DNA of 64,000 nucleotides from an uncultured Candidatus Saccharibacteria bacterium (GTDB lineage: Bacteria; Patescibacteriota; CAZHWT01): positions 15,671 to 79,670 of the forward strand of contig CAZHWT010000001.1 in the NCBI GenBank assembly GCA_964536215.1. The letters run 5' to 3'. The notes beneath the pieces were generated by a model. That model did no database searches. It was not told the DNA's origin and worked only from the letters and a program-made list of their open reading frames with translations. Each line of letters starts with the position of its first letter. Within the stretch, counting starts at the first letter, position 1. Position numbers and translations under genes: made by a program. Shown in pieces: positions 57,360 to 64,000 of this stretch.

Positions 57360-59047
57360 TGATACCCCCTGGCGGCCAGATGTTGTAAGTGGTGCAGCTT
57401 AGCTTCGGACAATTCTTGTAAGTTTTGCCAATGATCTTTGACTACTTGGGCAATCGCATGGTTACCCAATAGATATGGCAGGATAACATAACTAGCCCCC
57501 TGGCGGTAATAGATGAGGGCATCTTCAACATTAGTAGCGGTTAAAACTAGTGGAGTGTTGGGGGCTAGTTGATTGCGTAAATGCATAATCTGTAGGTTAG
57601 CATGGTGCTGATCTATGGAGGAGACGATCAATTTAGCCCGACTAATACTAGCCTCTTCTAAGACTGTTTCGTCGGTGGCATCGCCAAAAATAGTTGGATA
57701 TCGATCGCCATCCAAATCCACTACTCGCTGCGGATTGTATTCAACCACGACTAGGGGTACGGAAAGTTGCTTGAGGAGGTGCAAAATGTCTTCGCCCAAA
57801 CTACTAGCGCCAAGGATGACTACGTGATCCTGCAATGAATGAGTCTTAATCTTATCACGACGCGATGAAGTTTTTTCCAAACGATTAAAGAGGGGTCGCA
57901 GCCAACGATAGACGGCCTGTTGGTGCTTTAGAACATAGCTCTGGCCTAGAATGGTGACTAGCACTACGGCCGTGATTAAAGAGGCAACCCGAGGATCTAA
58001 CTGATGTAAATTAAGGCCTAGCGACACCACTAGTAGGGAGAATTCACCGATTTGGCCGAATAATTGTGAGGTAAAGAAGATAGTATGCCGCTTGTACCCC
58101 AGGCGACCCAAAACAAAGGCAACACAGAACTGATTAAGAACGATAACTAATAGGCTTAGGATGACAATTGGTATGAGTAGCGAACCGATGGCTGTCAGGG
58201 ATAGTTGTAGGCCAATGACGATAAAGAACAGGGCGATAAAAAAATCCCGAAGGGGCTTAATACTAGCTACGATCTGGTAGCGATAGGCTGAAGCGGAGAG
58301 ACATAGTCCAGCCAAGAAGGCGCCAATCTCCAGAGAAAAGCCGGTCCATTGAGCAATGGCGGCCATAAAGACGCATAGTCCAATACTGCCTAAGAATAGT
58401 AGTTCGGCCGACGAAGCGAGAGCAAAGAAAAGCTTGGGAACGACGTAGCGGCTAAAGGCGAAACTACCAACTAGTAAGGCTGCACCTTTCGTGAGCATTA
58501 GCGCTGTTTCGATCACCCCTAATTGGCCGGCAGCTCCAGAGCTAATACTAGTGAGGAAAATGAGCGCTCCAACGGCTAAAAGGTCCTGGACGAGTAAAAT
58601 ACCTAAGCCTAAGCGACCATGAAGGGAGAAGACGGCATTTTGGTCGTTTAGCCATTTGACGGCAATAATGGTGGAGGTAAGCGGCAGAGAAAGAGCAATA
58701 AATAGAGAAACGGTCGGGCTAAATCCTAAAAGCTGGCTGGCTAGCCAACCGGCCGAACCAACTACGGCGACTTGAGTAATGGCTACAATAGTAGCGGTTT
58801 TACCCATTTTTTTAATTTCGGTCAGGCTCAACTCTAGGCCAACCAAAAACAATAAGAAGGCAATACCAAGTTCGCCTAAAAAGGCCAGCGTTTGTGGCGA
58901 AGTTATATGAACGGCGCCGGCGTTAGCGACTACCATACCGGTAATCAAGTAGGCGAAAAATAGTGGTTGTTTAAGACGGTAGCAGATGAGGCCTAATAGT
59001 GTGGCCAGAGTCAGAATACCGCCCAGCTCGAAGAATAGTTGATCCAT
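57356..59047 (-). CDS. kefB: CPA2-family cation:proton antiporter with C-terminal RCK/TrkA-N domain (KefB/KefC-like)
   Basis: 12-13 TM Na_H_Exchanger domain. Rossmann-fold RCK domain (HVVILGASSLGEDI). 563 aa. Confidence 0.75.
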   Translation of the reverse strand: MDQLFFELGGILTLATLLGLICYRLKQPLFFAYLITGMVVANAGAVHITSPQTLAFLGELGIAFLLFLVGLELSLTEIKKMGKTATIVAITQVAVVGSAGWLASQLLGFSPTVSLFIALSLPLTSTIIAVKWLNDQNAVFSLHGRLGLGILLVQDLLAVGALIFLTSISSGAAGQLGVIETALMLTKGAALLVGSFAFSRYVVPKLFFALASSAELLFLGSIGLCVFMAAIAQWTGFSLEIGAFLAGLCLSASAYRYQIVASIKPLRDFFIALFFIVIGLQLSLTAIGSLLIPIVILSLLVIVLNQFCVAFVLGRLGYKRHTIFFTSQLFGQIGEFSLLVVSLGLNLHQLDPRVASLITAVVLVTILGQSYVLKHQQAVYRWLRPLFNRLEKTSSRRDKIKTHSLQDHVVILGASSLGEDILHLLKQLSVPLVVVEYNPQRVVDLDGDRYPTIFGDATDETVLEEASISRAKLIVSSIDQHHANLQIMHLRNQLAPNTPLVLTATNVEDALIYYRQGASYVILPYLLGNHAIAQVVKDHWQNLQELSEAKLHHLQHLAARGYQ

Positions 59048-59253
59048 GGCAGTGTAGCCCCAGGAAGGGCTTATATTATACTACCTGATTTATGATGATA
59101 TGAAAAGAAAAACGACAGGCAAGGGAGAGATGGGTCGTTCGTTATTCGCTTTTGGTGTTAGTTGATGGAGGGAAGGGGCGGCGAGTTACGCTTTCTTTTG
59201 GACTTCTCTCCTCCGCCAGCGGCTGACCAGTCTTGGTCGAGGCTCGGGGTAGA

Positions 59254-59943
59254 CTAGCCTTCTTCTTTGAGGCTGGCGAGAAAATTAGACAGGTCTTGCG
59301 GGAGGTCGGCGTGAAACTGGACGGGTTGACCAGTGGTGGGGTGAGTAAATTGTAAGGTTTCGGCGTGGAGAAATTGGCGGATATTGGAACTGTCTTTGCG
59401 GCGGCCGTAAATTTTATCGCCAATAATAGGCAGTCTAAGGGCGGCTAGGTGAACGCGTATCTGATGAGTGCGACCGGTGTGGGGCGCAACTTTGAGTAAG
59501 GTGACGTGCTGGTCTTGAAAGCGGTAGGTTTGGCGCTGCCAGAATTCGGTTTGGGCCTCTCTTCCACCTTCGGTAACGACATATTTGTAACCATAGACCG
59601 GATGCCGAGCAATGGGAGCGTCGATAATGGCGTGCTGGTCAGGACAATTGCCCCAGACCAACGCGGCGTAGTGTTTGTGGACGTGGCGAGTTTTAAATTG
59701 ATCCTGGAGGTTGGCTTGAGCCTGAGGAGTTTTGGCAATAACCATTAGGCCAGAGGTGTCTTTGTCGAGACGGTGGACGATACCTTTGCGCTCTACCCCA
59801 TCGTGGTCTGGCAAGGCTTGCTCAAGCGTTTGTTGGCTATGGGTATGGGAATCCTGAACAATGAGGCCGGCCGGTTTGTCGATAACCATTATAGCCTCAT
59901 CCTCAAAGAGGATGGGTGGGAGTTGCGGAGATTGACTGGACAT
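59254..59943 (-). CDS. RluA-family pseudouridine synthase
   Basis: Catalytic motif HRLDKDTSGLMVIAKT. 229 aa, no S4 domain. Confidence 0.8.
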   Translation of the reverse strand: MSSQSPQLPPILFEDEAIMVIDKPAGLIVQDSHTHSQQTLEQALPDHDGVERKGIVHRLDKDTSGLMVIAKTPQAQANLQDQFKTRHVHKHYAALVWGNCPDQHAIIDAPIARHPVYGYKYVVTEGGREAQTEFWQRQTYRFQDQHVTLLKVAPHTGRTHQIRVHLAALRLPIIGDKIYGRRKDSSNIRQFLHAETLQFTHPTTGQPVQFHADLPQDLSNFLASLKEEG

Positions 59944-59948
59944 TAGAT

Positions 59949-60326
59949 TTAGGCGTGATTGGCAGCTAGGAAGTTGCGAACTTCGTTGAGGACTTGGTCG
60001 GGGGCCATGGCAGATTTTATAAGATAGCCGACGGCTCCAGATTCGGAGGCTTCTTTAATTAAGGCCTCTTGTCCCAAGTTGGTCAACATGACAATTTGAC
60101 CAGCTCGCTTTTTGTCATCTGGAGACAGCTCCTTTAATACAGCTATGCCGTCTTTTTTGGGCATCATAATGTCCAATAGCACCAGGTCAAATTTGCCGTT
60201 GCGAATAGCGGCGATGGCCTCCTCCCCATCCACTACCGTGGTAATCTGATAATCTTCTTGGGAGAGGATATCTTGATATAGGTCGCGTAAAAATTGATCG
60301 TCTTCAACAACTAGAATGTGAGCCAT
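59949..60326 (-). CDS. Stand-alone response-regulator receiver domain (CheY-like). Start at ATG 60326 (MAHILVVEDD).
   Basis: Phospho-acceptor Asp in LVLLDIMMP plus the conserved K. No output domain. The ORF-track N-terminal extension is rejected. Confidence 0.7.
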   Translation of the reverse strand: MAHILVVEDDQFLRDLYQDILSQEDYQITTVVDGEEAIAAIRNGKFDLVLLDIMMPKKDGIAVLKELSPDDKKRAGQIVMLTNLGQEALIKEASESGAVGYLIKSAMAPDQVLNEVRNFLAANHA

Positions 60327-60387
60327 GACTATAGTGTAGCATATCACTGTAAAGATTATAAGACCCGAGGAGAAAGGTGCAAGGTTC

Positions 60388-60545
60388 AGGTGTCCAAATG
60401 CCAAGTTAGGTAAGCGTCAAGATTCAAGAGTTCAAATGTCAAAGGAAGGTAGAAGAAGTAAGGTATACGTAATTTTTACGACTTGAAGCTTACGTCTTTG
60501 TTTGGTATTTGGACTCTTGAATCTTGGCATTTGGATTCTGGTGGC
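60388..60545. repeat. ~160-bp imperfect palindrome built from TCTTGGCATTTGGA(C/T)TCT-type units between the kinase and regulator genes
   Basis: Left arm gtccaaatgccaag...gattcaagagttcaaatgtcaaagg. Right arm tttggtatttggactcttgaatcttggcatttggattct. The same ttggcatttggattcttg motif occurs at 54770-54800. Confidence 0.5.
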
Positions 60546-60555
60546 TTACGTCTTT

Positions 60556-62742
60556 TTATATTGGATGGTAAATGTGAGGCTTGGTGGATGATGGAGCGGT
60601 TTTGGCTTCGGTAATGGGTAGGCTAAAGAAAAAGGTGGAGCCCTCCCCTACTTGGCTGTCGACCCAAATCTTACCTTTGGATAGGCTGATAAATTGCTGA
60701 CAGAGGTATAGGCCAAGGCCAGTGCCCGGGATGCCAGCGGTGCTGGCTAAGCGGCTGAATTTTTGGAAGAGGCGCTTTTGGTCTTCTGGGCTTATGCCAG
60801 GCCCGGTGTCAGTGATAGCGGTGACGAGGTGTTTTTTATCTGAGTAAAACTGAATGGTGATGCTACCGCCGGGTGGGGTAAATTTGAGGGCGTTGCCAAT
60901 AAGGTTGGTGAGGACTTGGTGAATCTTGTCTGGGTCGCACATGACTTGAGGGAGACGGCTGGCGGCTTTAATGGTTAATTTCTGTTGGTTTTCTAGGGCT
61001 TTGGGGGTTAACTCCTCTACTACTTGTTTAGTTAAGGCTGGCAATTTGGTTGGCTCGGGGTTGAGCTGTACTCTCCCCGATTCGATGCGAGAGATGTCGA
61101 GCGTATCATTGACCAGGCCAATCAATCGCTCCGAGGATATATAGGCGCGGTCCATGTACTGCTTAAAGTTCTCATCTCGGCGCTTGGCGTGCATGGCCAT
61201 CCACAAATAGCCTCTGATGGCAGTTAGTGGAGTGCGCAATTCATGAGAAGTGACCGAAATAAACTCATCTTTCAGCTTGTCCAGCTGCTCTAGCTGATGA
61301 TTCTTGCGCGTTAATTGCTCGTTAGCCGCCTGCAACTCCTTAGTCGCCTTATTTACTTCACTACGCAACGTCTCGTTAAACTGACTTACTTGCTGGTAAC
61401 TAAGCGCATTTTCAATTGCAACAGCTAACTCAGGGCCAAGTATCTCCAGAACTTCAAGATCTTGGGTAGTGTATACGTCGCCAGATTGCTTATTGCCTAA
61501 CACAATCAAACCGCTGACGGTTTGATTATTAGCAAAGGGCACAATGACGGCTATTTCTTTCTGTTTCATTAGTTCAGACAGCTCACCATCTTCAGCGTCT
61601 GATGCATACGTATCTCGGGCAGTTAGAAACTGTGCCATCGTCTTGGTGTCAAGTTGACTAATCTCCTGATAATCCTGTTGGGCTAATAGTTGAAGCTTTC
61701 CTTCGCTGGTTATAAAGATGGCGGCTTTTTGAATATGAACTGTCGTAATGAGTTCATTTAAAACTGATTGAGTCAGGGTGCGGATATTTAATGTGCTCGA
61801 TATTAGTCGGGACAAGTTAGCCAGTAGGGCGCTAGAGCTGTAGTGATCTTTAAAAAATATCCTCTCGGTAACATGATCAAAAAAGTGTTTGACTGGCTGG
61901 AAAGTAAAGGCCATAAAAACAGCCATAATTGTATAAGCTACTTGCTGTGGTATTGTGCTCTGAGCATGCGGAAAGAAGCTGTCAACTACGCGAAAAACAA
62001 TTAAGCCATACGCTAGCCCCATAGATGTAATAACTAGTACATAGGCTAGTAATCTTGCAACTACCAATCTTATATCAAATAGACCATGTTTTATGATGGC
62101 ATAGGCAACTGATCCTGTAAAAAACACCGTTACTAGAGGACCCAGTTTGGCAATTTGCCAATCATTAATAGCTACGGGGATAATAACATTTGTCAACAGG
62201 GCGATACCTACGCTGGCGATAATACCCAGAGAGATAAGCTTAGCTTGTGTAGATATAATTGGACTGGATGCTTTTCTTAATTTGTTTAAATTATAGGTGA
62301 TTAAAACTAAAGAGCCGCCCAATAGTGCCACATATAAATAGTATAAAGGTCCGACCAAAATATTAGTTATGCTCCCTTGTATACTTACTCCCTCTGTTAC
62401 TAGCGAACTGGCGGAAAAAATGGACCCAATGAACCACAAGGCAATATAGGAAACTTTTTCCCGTAGAGTACTTGTTTTTCTTGTCTCGAAATACCGTGTA
62501 AATATAGCCAGCCAGTATAGAATGTTAAATCCTGCAAGCAAGGTTACCTTGGTCGACGCAAGCCTTAAATTGGGGGTGGCTGCGTGGTCGATAAGATAAT
62601 TAAATAGCGACCATACGACTATCGAGATACACGCTGCAAAGAAAATCTTTGTCGTAGATACTTTTGTGTTACGCAAAAAAACAATCAGACCCAAGCTGAG
62701 GTTAATACTTATAGCTATTGCAAGTATAGCGATATCTATCAT
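60556..62742 (-). CDS. Sensor histidine kinase with polytopic N-terminal membrane domain, GAF-like domain, HisKA and HATPase_c
   Basis: H-box SHELRTPLTAIRGY. G-boxes (DTGPGISPED, GTGLGLYLCQ). ~8 N-terminal TM helices. 728 aa. Confidence 0.8.
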   Translation of the reverse strand: MIDIAILAIAISINLSLGLIVFLRNTKVSTTKIFFAACISIVVWSLFNYLIDHAATPNLRLASTKVTLLAGFNILYWLAIFTRYFETRKTSTLREKVSYIALWFIGSIFSASSLVTEGVSIQGSITNILVGPLYYLYVALLGGSLVLITYNLNKLRKASSPIISTQAKLISLGIIASVGIALLTNVIIPVAINDWQIAKLGPLVTVFFTGSVAYAIIKHGLFDIRLVVARLLAYVLVITSMGLAYGLIVFRVVDSFFPHAQSTIPQQVAYTIMAVFMAFTFQPVKHFFDHVTERIFFKDHYSSSALLANLSRLISSTLNIRTLTQSVLNELITTVHIQKAAIFITSEGKLQLLAQQDYQEISQLDTKTMAQFLTARDTYASDAEDGELSELMKQKEIAVIVPFANNQTVSGLIVLGNKQSGDVYTTQDLEVLEILGPELAVAIENALSYQQVSQFNETLRSEVNKATKELQAANEQLTRKNHQLEQLDKLKDEFISVTSHELRTPLTAIRGYLWMAMHAKRRDENFKQYMDRAYISSERLIGLVNDTLDISRIESGRVQLNPEPTKLPALTKQVVEELTPKALENQQKLTIKAASRLPQVMCDPDKIHQVLTNLIGNALKFTPPGGSITIQFYSDKKHLVTAITDTGPGISPEDQKRLFQKFSRLASTAGIPGTGLGLYLCQQFISLSKGKIWVDSQVGEGSTFFFSLPITEAKTAPSSTKPHIYHPI

Positions 62743-63593
62743 GATTGAGGTTTCATATCAGGACTAAAATCAACCACCTGGTCTAGATCTTTACCGTTAA
62801 TGATTTTCTGGAAGTAATATTCGCTTTTTTCTTTAAATGAATCTTTTAAGCGTGTAACATCCACAATAATGGGAGTACTGGCATCCGACCCTAAATAATA
62901 TTTAGATTCGGCTATTGGATGGTAGTCAAATCCGATATGCTTAAGATATCTCAATACAGTGTCATCAATGACTGCTACCCAGTTTTTTATATCATTGTTC
63001 ACAGAGTGTTTGCAAAGACTATAATACAGTGATAGAGAGGTCTTACGATGTTCTTTAGTGCCTCTATATTCAGGAGCCACTGCTAACGCGCCGATATCCC
63101 AAGTCCGATCCAAATCTAAGCCATATGTACCACAGATTTTATCAATAGGTATATTCCATTCATTTTCTATATCCACAAGCGATTTTAGGCCTACTTCTGA
63201 ATTTTTGATAACTCTAACAACACCTTCGGGGAGTTTTTCCTGCTGATCTATAGCAGTAATAAACTGACTAGAATTCTCATACGCTCCATACTCTTCATCG
63301 AGCTGATTGGCTGTATTTTCAAACTTCTCATAGAATACACTGCTTTCTACAGAGCGCGATAGGTTGGAATATTTACTTTGACCGTCGATCAGATATATGC
63401 CTGAAGGCTTAGGGTTAGCTGGATTAATGCTGTGCCGCTCTAGGAATTGAGAGACTTCTTTCTGAATATCACTCTTCTCACGTATTTCATAGCTTGGCAA
63501 AAACTTTTGGTCGGAGCGATCTTCGCCTTTTTCCTCTCCCCGACCGGGAATATTAAAGTCTGAGCCCATGAAGCCTGATTCACCGAACGGCAT
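62739..63593 (-). CDS. Hypothetical protein with GNAT-like motif (ALAVAPEYRG). Possible acyltransferase.
   Basis: 284 aa. AT-rich coding sequence. Only a motif-A-like V-x-P-E-Y-R-G segment is recognisable. Confidence 0.3.
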   Translation of the reverse strand: MPFGESGFMGSDFNIPGRGEEKGEDRSDQKFLPSYEIREKSDIQKEVSQFLERHSINPANPKPSGIYLIDGQSKYSNLSRSVESSVFYEKFENTANQLDEEYGAYENSSQFITAIDQQEKLPEGVVRVIKNSEVGLKSLVDIENEWNIPIDKICGTYGLDLDRTWDIGALAVAPEYRGTKEHRKTSLSLYYSLCKHSVNNDIKNWVAVIDDTVLRYLKHIGFDYHPIAESKYYLGSDASTPIIVDVTRLKDSFKEKSEYYFQKIINGKDLDQVVDFSPDMKPQS

Positions 63594-63595
63594 GG

Positions 63596-63970
63596 CTAAA
63601 AGTCCTTAAACGCAATATCGGTTGTGTTAAAAAACTCTTGCGTAAAACTGACCGCGTCTTGGCTGGAAAATTCTTTGCAAGTATAAATGTCTACACTGAA
63701 GAATACAAAAGGTTCATCCCAGGCGTAGAAATGAGCTCCAGATGTCTCCCAATGTATCCATCCCGCCCATCCGAAGCGGTCAGAACGATGGGTGATTGGC
63801 TCAATAAGAGTTTTCATCTTTAAAACACTCGACAACTCAGAAAGATATCTCTTTATATCACTATCTTCAATACGCTTATTACAGGTACCTTCTACTACCA
63901 TGCGTTGACGGTAAATGCTGGGCGCTAAATCTCTCATGTTTATGGTCTGATTATGACCAGAATTGGTCAA
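63596..63970 (-). CDS. S-adenosylmethionine decarboxylase (SpeH/AdoMet_dc family)-like small protein, divergent
   Basis: Alignable core WETSGAHFYAWDEPFVFFSVDIYTCK versus SpeH [24 protein letters not shown]. The processing Ser is conserved but the preceding Glu is replaced by Thr. 124 aa. Confidence 0.35.
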   Translation of the reverse strand: MTNSGHNQTINMRDLAPSIYRQRMVVEGTCNKRIEDSDIKRYLSELSSVLKMKTLIEPITHRSDRFGWAGWIHWETSGAHFYAWDEPFVFFSVDIYTCKEFSSQDAVSFTQEFFNTTDIAFKDF

Positions 63971-64000
63971 TTCAAGATTATTTTTTTGTTTGTTATTTTT

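Overview
This 64 kb window is a gene-dense chromosomal segment (~50% GC, standard genetic code). Its gene content looks like a reduced-genome Gram-positive-like bacterium of the CPR/Saccharibacteria type: a large type IV pilus locus, two class A PBPs, T4SS coupling-protein-like ATPase, and many truncated or fused housekeeping genes.

Main blocks, in order:
- pheT 3' end, manC, class A PBP, tyrS.
- A 2.2 kb poorly coding island (6.0-7.9 kb) with small ORFs and two paralogous sRNA-like elements that end in terminators.
- recG.
- A housekeeping operon: rsmD, rpmF, nusB, an ACP-like gene, rnc, rpsP and a KH-domain gene.
- A ~14 kb minus-strand type IV pilus cluster: pilB, pilT, pilC, pilA, pilD, four pilin-like genes, a large secreted CBM-like putative adhesin, and pilM, pilN, pilO.
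- A holB-like gene, gyrB and gyrA.
- A C39-like peptidase next to a stand-alone LigD-type primase-polymerase domain gene.
- A membrane-anchored ClpC-like ATPase, rnhB, a second class A PBP, alkA, a frameshifted EEP nuclease and xerC/D.
- A 1.35 kb ORF-free AT-rich stretch.
- yebC, a TraG/VirD4-like ATPase with partner proteins, tgt, kefB and rluA.
- An AT-rich terminal island holding a response regulator, a histidine kinase, a GNAT-like protein and an AdoMetDC-like protein.

The most unusual genome-level feature is a set of short (7-8 nt) tandem repeat and palindrome families. They decorate nearly every intergenic region and are also inserted in-frame inside tgt and pilD. No CRISPR array, rRNA or convincing tRNA was found.
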